A stretch of DNA of 64,000 nucleotides, from NCBI GenBank assembly GCA_002633005.1, contig NMRA01000461.1:232864-296863 (forward strand). Direction: 5' to 3'. Both the position numbers and the translations under genes were made by a program. This document shows, piece after piece, positions 13,501-24,369 of the stretch. Under the pieces are notes generated by a model, which had not been told where the DNA came from, did not search any database, and was given only the letters and a program-made list of their open reading frames with translations. The first letter of the stretch is position 1, and each line of letters starts with the position of its first letter. This DNA comes from Phoronis australis (Eukaryota > Animalia > Phoronida).

Positions 13501-16500
13501 TGCTATGCTTTTAAATGCGTCGCTGAATTGTTTTACAAAAAATCCACTTCAACATGAGGGGTTATCCTGAACATTTGTCACGTGTCAAACTACATCTCGT
13601 TAGGAAAGCACGTAAGTGCTTCTTTACATCAACATCAAAATAAGTGCCACCGAAGATGAACGAACATTTTCGTTATGGCGTCGACAAATGTCTCACCTGG
13701 GATAAACATCAAACAGATTGATATCGGGCTCTGAAAATAGTCTGGAATTTGGACTAAACGGGATCGTGTAATTGATACCGTTATTGCGCTATGGATTTAC
13801 TTTTTCATCCTAAATTTTACTAAGACCAAGGGTTGCCTGATCCAATTAAAATCAAACACCATAGTAGTTATGCATGTCTTAACTGAAGATATTTGGCTAA
13901 ATTGACCGACTATTGGATAAAAAACCTGATAATCACGATAACGTCAGCTTTAAGGTCTGGGTCTTTCGGGATCTTGATGTGAATAGAACGCATACCGAGT
14001 TACCAGTATCCAACATAGTTGCAGGTACGTGTACTTAAACAATAATTAGCCACAACTTGCAGCTATCCAAATAAATTGTGAGTGCATCGATTTAAATGAG
14101 TTACCTATAATGTATTAACAAACTACTGCAATACGTATCCGGCTGCGCATTTTTCAGGATAGACAGGCTTATCAGTTTGGCAAAATACTTGTATTGTTTA
14201 TTCAATGTTTGAATGTTTTGCTAGCATGTCCCCATTCACTTAAAGAAAAGAAATAAAGTGATGCACATCAACCCTTTTAAGATACAAAGGGACGTACGCG
14301 TCACGGAACTGCAGTGATTTTAAAAAGACAACGCACAGGCACAGCAATTATTCAAACTCATGTTTTTTTTTCATTCTCGACCCTGTCGTTCCTCCATGTG
14401 CAGGTAGACCAAAAACGCTCTAGTTCGTCATTGTGACAACTGCCTCCCGTTCAGTAACGCTATATGCTCGCTAAAAAGCAAGACTTCGTGACATTACGTG
14501 AGATATTGCCGTGCATTTTAAATGAAAACACGTGACTTTGACTAAGTTTTAGGTACGTCCTAGCATAGGTCCTAGCGTCTACTGAACGCGCGCTTGATCT
14601 CATCATTATATATTTCTGCCCAAAGCATCCCACACCAACTCTATGGACAGGCCCCTACTCCGCCTACAAAGGACGCTTTTACATCTACGCAGAGGCAAGT
14701 TGGATAGCTCGTGGGGCCGCGACAAGACTTTTGTTGGGACGTAAAAATTCAACCAGTAAGTACTGATATGAGGTAACGACAATGCGCACTTTCAAAAGCA
14801 CAAATTTCTTGTTGTTTTAATAGTGCACGGTACCTTATATTTAAAGTCCTGAAAGTGCTCTGCCGAATAGTCAATTACAGGTCACCCCGGAACTAACAAA
14901 ACAAAGATGCAGTCGATTTGCTCACAACATAATATTTAGGATTTTAACAATTGAATTCATTGTTTTTCTGAAGCGCTGTGAAAACTTCGAATATCTATTT
15001 GAAGAAGGCGAATGATGCTCAGTTGTCCAAAACAACTTCAAACAGGCAAAGATGCCATAAATGGTCAGCTGGCCAAAACTTGATACCTGTTCTTGAATAA
15101 AGTTTCGATGAGTCTTTTCGCATACTACATACACAACAATCATCTAAAACGTGTCACAGAAGAAACATAACTCTTACAAATCAGTTTTGAGGTTGAAAGC
15201 CTCACAATTACGAATGCACAATGCTACTGATGTTTTGATTAGGAGATAGTCTCATTAAACTTGGCTTATGATAACGGGGTAGATTGGTACCATACGGTTT
15301 GTAATTATGCAAGTACGGCTCTCGTTTCTTGACATGTCGTGCTGGTTCATGGTATACAGTGTATCTTTCAAGGAACAACACATGTTTGTTTACGGTGGTT
15401 AGGACTCTTTCAAATTTTATTGGAGTTTGGCTAGGTTACCAGGTCAACGTTGCAGTTTTCAGCTTGGCAACCCCTTGAGTGTAACAACGTATTCATGAGA
15501 AAGATCCTTTTTGTAGCACGACTTTGCCATGGAAATGAAATTTGGTGATTTTGTGAGGCTGGCTATGAAGCTCCGTCAATTGCCTATTTTTTCGTCAAGT
15601 GCCTATTTACTCAACGACCTTATAGTGCGCTGGCATGAAAACAAAGGAAATGGATACTTGTCCTTGGGCGACGTCCATCACAACCAAAATGTGCGTTTGC
15701 ATTAGTCTGTGAAATTTCCATTTACTGTTTTTGCTACGATATGAACCTGTAGTACCAAATGTGTCCGATAGTAATAGGGTAGTCTGGTTCAAAACGATTT
15801 TTATAGAACACACATACATCGGGATGAAGTCATTAAGATTAGGTAATGCCTGATGCTTACAGAAAATATTAAAAAAACAACACCCACTTGCTTTTTGAAA
15901 TCACGTCCGAATGCCCCTCTGGGGTGAAATCTAATGCGACTTATACATCGGACTTCAAAACCGAGTTTTTTGATACTGTGGTTCTGTATTGGAATTTTCG
16001 AGGGTAGAGATAAATGTCTAGCATTCTTTCATAGGTTAATATCATACAATGGTAATTAGGCCGCCGTTTTTTTATTTCATATATTTTACAACTTACGCAA
16101 TATATCAAATATAAATTTTATTCTAGTACGTATACATTTTTGACGTTTCGTTACAACAAGGTACTAATATTTCAAAAATACGGGAAGCAGGCGTCATCTT
16201 GAATTACATTCCTAAAACGGGATATGTGGTACATTAAAAACAACATGTACATGTAACTAGACCTTGGAATAAAAAAACATTTGCATCTGTTATTATCGAA
16301 AGTATACAAAACAGGTTCATCACTCTGAAACACACAACAGCAATTTCTTGAGGGAAAATTATGTAAAACATCTACATGACGTTTCTTACGTGGCCAACAG
16401 CAACTATATAATGTTTCCCCGGAATTCATCCTTGTGTAGAACTCAAAAGTATACCTAAAAAACAAATCGTTTTATTTTTTTTTCTAAAGCCATACACAGG

Positions 16501-18338
16501 CAATAAGTTTGACCAATGTTACTGTTGTTTTGCCTGCATGACTATCAATTTATCATCATCGTCCTAGCGCTGGCAAAACCATTCTGTCTGACGTTTGCGT
16601 ACAATATGCACGGTTGCCACATGGGGTCGCTAAGAGTTCGCCTCGTAAACTCAAACGGAGACATGGGACATCTTATCTGGTCTACACAAGGAAACAAATT
16701 GTATCGATGGAGAACGGCCAAAGTACACGTGGACCGAACGGACACGGTGCAGGTAGGAACGAAGATATACATGTAGCACATCTTAACTAGATGCCCCAAA
16801 GAGCTTAAAATATACAGGCGTGGACGCAAAAACTAAAATTTCACAAGTATTCGTCAGATCACTCGAGCACGTCCGATAATCCACGTCAGCCGCGGTTTTC
16901 TCATCAGAGACACATGTCACCATGTTCTTAACGAGTTAGGAAAGCGGACGGAGAAAAAATACCCATTTTAAACTACCTACGGGGGGTACAAAATACACTG
17001 GGAGACGTCATCGTCTTCTTAATGGAAAGTACTTGTTAAATTTAATGAAAATCCATCTAGGGACTTCAAAGATAATGAGTGAAAAATTAAAACTGCCACC
17101 AGGGGCAGACCGGTACTCCAATCGTTCTGAAAGTCATTGTCTTCTCTCATTAGCTTCTTAGAAAAAAAGATTCTAAATTCCCTGATCATAATTCTACGAG
17201 TTTTATACATACCACCTCGGACGCCGCTGCTGGACGTCGGGACGCGAAGGCAGAAATGGCTGCACTGTGCACACACTTACAAATATATGGGGGCATAATT
17301 AAATTTACATTTTATTCATCAATAACTTACCAACATCACAGTTGATACCAAAAAGGCCGACAATGTACTTAACGTTTCTCAATAAACATAAGTAAATTAC
17401 CTATGTCAATGCGTATGCAAGATACTAGAACAAATGTGCAGTTAAGGGACACTGGCTGCTTGAGTGAATGTTACTATTTCCATTCAGATGTGTGTAATAT
17501 ACATAATATGTAAAAATGATTATTTCTATTCTTTCTTTCGACCTCTTGTCCCTTGTATACCGAAAATATCCCCAAACAACTGCAAGAGTCGATTGTCTGA
17601 AAATGTCACTGAACTTCAGCCAGTCAGTGCAACGCACTGGTAGTAGGCTCCATACCTTTTTCTTTTGCATATACTGATTTGAGTGTTAAACTAGTACAGG
17701 ACTGTCTTTGAAAACCCACTTTCATAAGGGTATGTAACAGTACCAGACAGTCCTGGGATGGAAACATATTTTTACCTCGGGCGCACATCCATATCACACA
17801 AGCCATAAACTCTGCCGCCCAAGAAACATTCTTCGAAATCAGAGCCTAAACTGCATACATGTACGGAACCAGCACTCGTACCACAGAGGAACGAGGCGGA
17901 TTGAGGTGATAGAAGAGACTCTGTCAGCATTTCGGTCACTTACATTGAAAATTGTCCATCCAGTGCTCAAATTGTCACGGTTATGGCAGCGTAATAATTT
18001 GTAACGATGAGCCACACACTGTGACATACAGTAAACGTCCCAGTCAGGCTGGTTTGTGTGAATAACGAACATGCAATTCCTTCCAAGCCAAGAAATCGAA
18101 CCTAATCTATTTAGGACAGTGGCTTGAAACCAGTACTCTTAAAGTAATTGTCTTATTGTGCAGTTCCTATCCCAAAAGATGAATTCCCTAATGCATTGCA
18201 TAACGCTCTGTTGACTCTGCGCTAACTATCGCTAACTACTCGTTGCAGGTGGCGTTCGAAGCTATACGAGGGTGGGGTCCTAGATCTGACATAGCGCTCG
18301 ACTTCATTCGGATCCACACTACGTCATCGTGCCCTTAA
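1443..18338 (+). CDS. Gene 1 (5'-incomplete, 10 exons in window): extracellular CUB-MAM-MAM protein
   Basis: Exons 1443-1552, 2323-2447, 2995-3146, 5148-5236, 8096-8222, 9706-9884, 10676-10846, 14626-14755, 16568-16752, 18249-18338 all have AG/GT ends and compatible phases. They splice to an open frame: CUB (DCGG..IESPNFPNNY..CVY..LTFTDFDV..CD..YCG..GFK), then two MAM domains (CxF..CGW..DFDW; DIALD). No transmembrane segment before the TAA. Confidence 0.9.
2323..2447 (+). CDS. Gene 1 exon, CUB middle (not in ORF track)
   Basis: ttttag|GCACCA...GTCAA|gtgagt; APETPGSGVQLTFTDFDVTGSPDKCDHFVQINANLIGQKGVK; phase 0 to 2 fits both neighbours. Confidence 0.85.
2995..3146 (+). CDS. Gene 1 exon, CUB C-terminal part
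   Basis: aacag|GTATTGC...ATTG|gtaagg; YCGSFGDLP...MMVIFNT...NKGFKFTAKVVGAI. Confidence 0.88.
3278..3574. mobile_element. hAT-like MITE (CAGGGGCGGAT...ATCCGCTACTG)
   Basis: Imperfect TIRs and near-perfect 5-bp TSD GATAC/GGTAC. Related ends at 1-21, 34068-34194 and 38275-38313. Confidence 0.65.
4768..4832 (+). mobile_element. Degenerate tRNA-derived SINE head
   Basis: A-box-like TGGTCTGGTCG and B-box GAGTTCGAGTC at tRNA-like spacing; no intact cloverleaf. Confidence 0.4.
5148..5236 (+). CDS. Gene 1 exon, MAM1 start
   Basis: ttgcag|ACGACC...CATTCC|gtaagt; DQISCTFNDGHLCGWKQATDDDFDWTPHS; paralogous to 41031-41119. Confidence 0.92.
5812..7470. mobile_element. Kolobok-like family 1, internally deleted copy A
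   Basis: Ends (C)TAA|AGGAGCATGCCA ... TGGCATTCTCAT|TTAA. KolX-like start on + (MATRNP..DYQYEQEYSDE, about 6910-7075) and THAP remnant on - (MLRCIVPACP..FFLLPRESEMLRKWL..VCG, about 7110-7300). Colinear with 21885-24369. Confidence 0.75.
8096..8222 (+). CDS. Gene 1 exon, MAM1
   Basis: ttccag|GGCTCC...GCAA|gtacgg; GSTPTKGTGPSGGDHDTPYIYADV...; paralogous to 45605-45731. Confidence 0.88.
8368..8457 (+). repeat. Polypurine G-rich tract ending in (AG)n
   Basis: GGG runs followed by agagagagagagagag; absent from the paralogous intron. Confidence 0.8.
9706..9884 (+). CDS. Gene 1 exon, MAM1
   Basis: tttcag|CTGGTG...TCGAAG|gtgaca; GEYSFSFKWHMFG...MGTLQL...LFRKSGNPDNAW; paralogous to 49185-49363. Confidence 0.9.
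10460..10602. repeat. Imperfect (CA/CG)n microsatellite
   Basis: Alternating purine-pyrimidine cacacgcaaacacacacgcatacacatac... Confidence 0.85.
10676..10846 (+). CDS. Gene 1 exon, MAM1 end / MAM2 start
   Basis: ttacag|CTTGTT...GCAGAA|gtaagt; LVFTG..GDIALDTF..SCDFENDSLCSY; paralogous to 50458-50628. Confidence 0.92.
14443..14592 (-). mobile_element. 150-bp MITE
   Basis: Subterminal IR CGTTCAGTA(G)ACGCTA. Copies at about 24423-24559, 47140-47289 and 50095-50240. Empty site in paralog intron near 55205. Confidence 0.8.
14626..14755 (+). CDS. Gene 1 exon, MAM2
   Basis: caaag|CATCCC...AACCA|gtaagt; HPTPTLWTGPYSAYKGRFYIYAEAS; paralogous to 55242-55371. Confidence 0.88.
16568..16752 (+). CDS. 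Gene 1 exon, MAM2
   Basis: cctag|CGCTGG...GTGCAG|gtagga; FCLTFAYNMHGCHMGSLRV..IWSTQGN...W; paralogous to 61066-61250. Confidence 0.92.
18249..18338 (+). CDS. Gene 1 last coding exon, MAM2 end
   Basis: ttgcag|GTGGCG...CCTTAA; VAFEAIRGWGPRSDIALDFIRIHTTSSCP*. Confidence 0.92.
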   Translation: MAFEAIRGWGPRSDIALDFIRIHTTSSCP

Positions 18339-18445
18339 CTATGTGACATAACAAGGATTTGATCTTGTCTCAGGTCTTGCTCGAACTTGGTAATTGAGAT
18401 CCCACGAAGTTCAAATTATTATAAACCTGTACGTCACTTTGAGCT

Positions 18446-18466
18446 AATAAAGACCTGCCTAATAAA
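18446..18466 (+). terminator. Candidate polyadenylation signals of gene 1
   Basis: AATAAA at 18446 and 18461, about 110 nt after the stop. The first is conserved in the paralog at 62679. Confidence 0.55.
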
Positions 18467-21400
18467 CCCCTGTCTCTCTTGATTTGGATCTAAACACAAT
18501 TTTTGTTGACAAATGTTGTTCTGAGTGATGGAGCTACTGTAGTTTACGTAATGGACATGTAGAATTGCGAATCATTACGAGTGCCTGAGTTCAGGGATGG
18601 CAAGGTGCATTGAAGCTGAACCAAACTCAACGGAGAATGAAGATCCCAGTTCACATAAATTCTCATAGCTGTGTCATTTTAAGAACTTCATCCGCCAGTG
18701 CTCTATCAATAGGTCCGTCCCATAATACACGGCGGTAGAGCTCTCGTTTTACCTGAGTAAAGAAAGCGCGTGACATCGTTTTGGAAATCATCCACATTTT
18801 CTTGTCTCAGTTTGGTGTCGACAAAACGGATGATTCGACATCCCGTATCCACGGATTTAGTCCATTTTATAATACTTTCTCAGCTCTGACTGAGTAGCAG
18901 CCCACAGAACATCAGTAGAATTTTGTTGGCATTGGAAGGGCAAATAGAGTAATGGAGCGGAGCACATTTTAAAGATTCAGACAACAACAAATAACACGCG
19001 AACTAAAATGACACAAGAATGAGGTTGCAAATATGCCTAACGGATGTCAACGTCACCGCAATATTCGAGTGTCGCTGGGTAATCGAGAGCGGATCTACTA
19101 ATTACAAATTTTTAGTGATGGCGCTGTATCAGAATATGCGAATCGCTTAACGAAAATGAGAAGTACTTTCCAAACACAGTAAACGGATTTAAAAAAAAAA
19201 TCATCTTGGTTACAAAAACTTCGAATTACATAGTGCAAATTCACTCCAATGAGCTACAGGTTACTCGAACCTCTTAGATGTACCATCAGGAGACCACCGT
19301 GACATCTTAAAGGAATTAATAGGTACAGTGTACATGTATATAGAAAATAAATATGTTAATGCAGTTGACCAGTGCAACGATGATCTTAAAACTTGTTAAA
19401 ATCAACACTTGATGAATGGGCGTCATACATGTAGCTACATCTACAACATCACATTCGGTCGTCTTGTGAAGCTTCATGCATCAGATATACAAGTTCGAAT
19501 AGACGTATCCCAACCCATGAGATGAAGATATGCATTGTTGCGAAAAGAATCCAAACACAATGTCAGGTCCACATTTTGACGAACAAATATATAAGAGGAG
19601 TGCATCTCTGGTGCAGACTTTGTTAAAATGCCGGGATACGAAACTCGTTGTTTGGTAAATTCTTGCATGTCAAAATTGTCTAATATTACCTCTTGAGTTT
19701 TTTTTGTGCTGTAGCTCCCGATGCCACTACTGAGATGTGGTTCGCACATACGTCACGACACGTAAGACTGGCAGCGCCCGCCACTCGGTATTATAATTCT
19801 TTGATTTTCGCCATTTTGGTATGCGCAAGCGTAGCTGGGAAATAAATTGTTGTAGTTTTTGCAGCTAGCATTTCAGTTCAATAACTACATGTAACTGTGT
19901 ACGTACTTGGTTAAAATGCTTACAGATTTGCAAAAATTGTGAGTGCGTTATTTAAACCAGACACTCGGGTTGTGATGGAATCTACAATGAGCACGTGGAA
20001 ATTGGGAAATGATACTGCTTCTGTGAAATAATACGATATGACAGGAGAAAATAAATCATGAAAAGTGTGTGCTGTGCATATACTGTCTGAACTGTGTCAA
20101 TCGCAAAATGACATCTACCGTAGAGAATGAGTCATCGTCATCTATCCAATGGTATGGTCAACAACAAACCAGGGAACACCTGAAAAAACAGGGATGTGTC
20201 AAAAACAAACTTAAAAATAGAACACCATGAACATAGTAAATCTGGTCTAAACATAGTAACTACGTTATTATTTTTACAGACATGTCATTCATTTTTGCTG
20301 TAATCGGAGCCTTTTCTGTAAAAACACTGACGAAAAATCAAAATATGGTCAAGCGTCAAAATGCATTGCTTGTTGGAGGCTCTGACACGTAGAATCTGTG
20401 AGTATTGTAAGCTATAATTCTTGGTAACTGTTTTGGCCTGGTCGAGCAATGATTGTATTTGGGAACTATTTCGAAAAAGAGATTGCCAGTGAAAGCCGAA
20501 GCGAAGGCTTGAAAACTTTATTATGAACATCGCAAAATGCTTAAAAATTACCAAAAATACGTACGTATAGCAGTTTGGCGCTACGTTATGGCAAATATCA
20601 GTAGGAAATATATATTTCCCGTATTGGTTGAGGTACTAACTCCTTTGTCACACGCGAGTCGGTTGTACGGTACGGAATAATTCAATGAGTTACCCACAAA
20701 CGGCAATTGCCGGTTCATCAAGGAAGGTTAGGGAAGAGTGTGGAGTTATCGATGCCGTGCCTTTCCGTCACAAATCGGCAATTTCCTCTTGGGCCTTTTG
20801 GGGGTATTTTTCAGCCCTGAAGGCGAATTTGTTGCAAACTCGCTGTAGCAGGACACCGTAAATTGTATTACAGAAAGAACAGTTGCTCATGGTTTGTTGA
20901 AACCCTGTTTTGTGTAAAATTTATTGAGTTTCGTGTTTCATATGAAAGGCAGAAGTGAAACACACGTGGAATTTCTAATGCCGAGTGTCATACTCTGTAG
21001 TGAATATACAGAGTATTGGACTCAATGAAAGGTAGAAACCGCCTGTGGTCTAAGTCACTTTTCATTTCACCAACGAGGTCTATACAACTGTACATGTACA
21101 TGTATGCTTTTGACCTACTTAGGATCTTGAACCAGGTTTGACTTTAGACTTGATCAGACCCAAGTTTAATACTGTTAAATAAGCCAGACCTCCATGATAT
21201 ACAGTTGGTGCTAATGAATGATGCAGCCGAGTACGTAGGACGCAGTTTTAGGGCAAGATGGGACTATTTTCAATAATTATTCACTTTTACGAAAATACAA
21301 GGTCAAACGTAGCAGGGTCGGCCAAGGATTTTTTGAAAGGGGACAAAGAACAAGAGGACAATTAAATATTTGGTATCACTAAAATCAAAGGAAAAAGGTG

Positions 21401-21884
21401 GTCCAAATCCCTCAACTTCTTGGATTCGCGTATTCAAGACCAAGTACATGTAGGTGCTGAAGGGTGTCCATCAAATTCCTCAGAATACGACTTGACGGGC
21501 ATGACGTAATCGTCGTACGTGCCCCGGCTTTGAGTGATTCTTCTGACCGAGTTCCACCTCCACTGGTTGCCACTTTGATGTTTCCGGCAAGAGGTCTTGC
21601 CCCCTCCCTTGGCAGCGAAAAATAAACACTAAATGACACTGAAATATATTTGGACATGTATCATGTTGCGGCCAATCGTGAGTATGTACACGTAATGTAC
21701 GTTAATGGATGTGCATGTGTTGGAATCAGAGATTACAATTTTCCTCAATTGTAAATTTTTATACGTTTTTCTGTAAACAATGTATTGACTAATTCTACTA
21801 GTGTGTGCCACTGCATACCCACGTGATCAAGGTTTTATTGAAACACTTCAATAATTTACTTGTTGGGTGGCTTGGATACTTTAT

Positions 21885-24369
21885 AGGAGAATGTCACACG
21901 ATTTAATTAGAAGCACTTCCCTTTTAAAATGGGACTTTTCCACTTTGTCTCAAACTGAAATGTAATATTACATTATAGATAAATATCAACATTATGTCTT
22001 TAAATTTGGTTTGTACTCGAGAGGGGGTGATGATCGCTTGCGCGAACTATGAAGCTGAGCGGAAAGGGGGTATATCGTTTTCTTCGACTTCCTCGAAAGT
22101 CCATAATGCTTCGGAAGTGACTCGCAGTAGCGAAAAATAAATAGTACCCCGTTATACCAAGTGTGAGGCCGTAACCTTCTCCGCGTCTGTGAATTGTCAG
22201 CATTTCGCCGAAAGTGATTTAACTGACGATCGAATGCCTCCTTACCAAAGAGCTCATGCCAGGGCAGAAAAAGAGAATGAGGCTGAAGTCAGATGTTGTG
22301 CCTAGTGTGTTTTGTGTTCGACAGGCAGGAGACAAAGAAACGCGGTTGGGATTGGAGAATTGTAGCTGGCCATGAAAACACAAATAAAGAATTACAATTA
22401 AGTCAAGACGTCAGAACATAACGTTTGACATCACCCGTTTGATGACTGACTCATTCGTCAGGCTTCTATTTGGTCTCCTGGACTTAGGATATCTTCATGA
22501 GTTCATTTTCTCAGCGGCGTAAAAACGTCGTAAGCATACCTCTAATTCGACGCGGTGCAAAATCAGGATGGTCCGTGAGACACATCTGCTTTTCTCCAAG
22601 AAGGCGTTTCACCCGCGGATTTTCGTGGCAGCAAACGCGTCAGTCGTTTCCATTATCGTGACACCAAGATAACAAGTCACACAAACGGTTTTCGGACCAA
22701 TCCATGTGTTCCGTTGTCTGCGCACGTTCCCGGTGACTCTCTGTAGTATTTTTTGATCAGTGTATTCCAGTTCGAACTGATAACCTGTGGACCCTAACGA
22801 TCGACCTGTGATGTCTTCGTTCGATGAGAACTCGTTTACTGTACGTTGGGATTACGAGTTGCCACGTTGACGTTTACTATTGTGCGCTCTGTTTCAAAAT
22901 GAATTATTCTCACCCTAATATGCTTATATTGAATTGATATAAAGTCTGTGTCATTACTTGCAATGTGCAGTGCCATGGAGTGTTGAGTGCGAATCTTTTG
23001 AGAAGACAGCAGTTAATAAATCGATGCGTAACCGTATTTAGATGCAATGATCTAACTGACCGAGCACCGACCCGCGAGGCCGGGTGAGTGCATGGTAATT
23101 CAGTGTTTGCTAACAGAAAGCTGTTGTGAAACAATAAATTATTTTATATCCTACGGTCAGATGTTAAGGGTACCTTTTTTCATTTTTTATTTTTTTCTTA
23201 TTCTTTATACATTTATTGGCAATGAGAAAAACATTACAATACGACAAAAGACAAGGGACACCACAGACAAGCATAAAACACACGCATACCCCACATCTAA
23301 TGCTCTTGACTGCTTAAAAAAAAACTTTTCAAAGTTACACCATCTTTTCTGTATCAATTCTAAACTCAAATCCTTACGAGCTTTATGCTTTTTACTCATA
23401 TAATGTTCTTTGATGAAGTTAAAAAATCTACTTAGAAGTGATCTTTTTGATCCGAATTGTTGGATATAAATAAACTGTTACCCCAATAAATAAAAAATAT
23501 TTTTAGAATTATATTTTTATCAAAAAAGCCAAAAATAACGTTGTTGCAGAAGAGAGTGCCGTTAGGGGTATATTTATTTAGGTATACATACGTTATTAGA
23601 ATCATTGTTACAGTACAGCTTTTGCGATGACGATTCTGTAGAAGGGCAACTTGGCTTCGCGGCTACACGAACAACTGTAGTGAGTAGATTTACAGTTCCG
23701 CGGCTCATTCACCAAAATAAGTACGTCGTGCTTATTATTTCTTTGGAACACTAGTACAGTCTTTTCGTGATAGGAAGTTTACTTTCCAATTTTGGCTGGT
23801 TTATGTTCATGATGTCTTTAGTCCGGCTGCGACGGCCTGACCAATTCAGAGCTACACTGGCCGGGATAGCAAGTGTAAGTTGTGTGTCTAGAACTGAAAA
23901 AAATCACAAGCTTAAATTTACAACACAAAACTGTGTTCTCCTGTCAGTATTTCACGGATGAATAATTCGAATTTATCACCGAATCCAAACTTAAGCGACC
24001 GACCTTGGCAAATTGGTGTACTACCGATTTCTGTAGGCTACGGTACGCTCAAATACCTAGAAATCCGTAACAGCGAAATAAAACAATACATTTTTCAATA
24101 ACAAGATGTATTTGTAAGGGATTTACATTGCATTTTGATGATTTGTTTGTATAAAACGATAAATTCAAGAGAAAATCTGACACAAGTAAGCGTGTTGAGA
24201 ACTACTGAACAGACTGCATTCGAACTTCTGACGTCATTGGTTAATTACAACATCTCCCTCTGTCGTCTGGTAACATAGCTGCACATATACTTGCTGTTAG
24301 CGTGTGGAAATAGTGGATGTATCGACATGAATTGATACAAAAAGGTTGCTGTTTGAGTGGCATTCTCCT
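21885..24369. mobile_element. Kolobok-like family 1, copy B (inverted relative to copy A)
   Basis: TTAT|AGGAGAATGTCACACGATTTAATTAG ... GTGGCATTCTCCT|TTAA. THAP remnant on + about 22030-22320 (RLPRKSIMLRK..QHFAESD..RMRLKSDVVPSVF). KolX/P2X7-C-like remnant on - about 22540-22870 (GYQFELEYT..CCHENP..CLTDHPDF). Confidence 0.78.
23173..23560 (-). mobile_element. 5'-truncated L1/Tx1-like LINE 3' end nested in Kolobok copy B
   Basis: Minus-strand translation NVIFGFFDKNIIL..FIYIQ..FFNFIKEHY..KHKA....IQKRW resembles an ORF2 C-terminus. AATAAA and A-rich tail. TSD GTTAAGGGTA/GTTAGGGGTA. Single site (ttcccctaac, about 6619-6628) in copy A. Confidence 0.7.
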
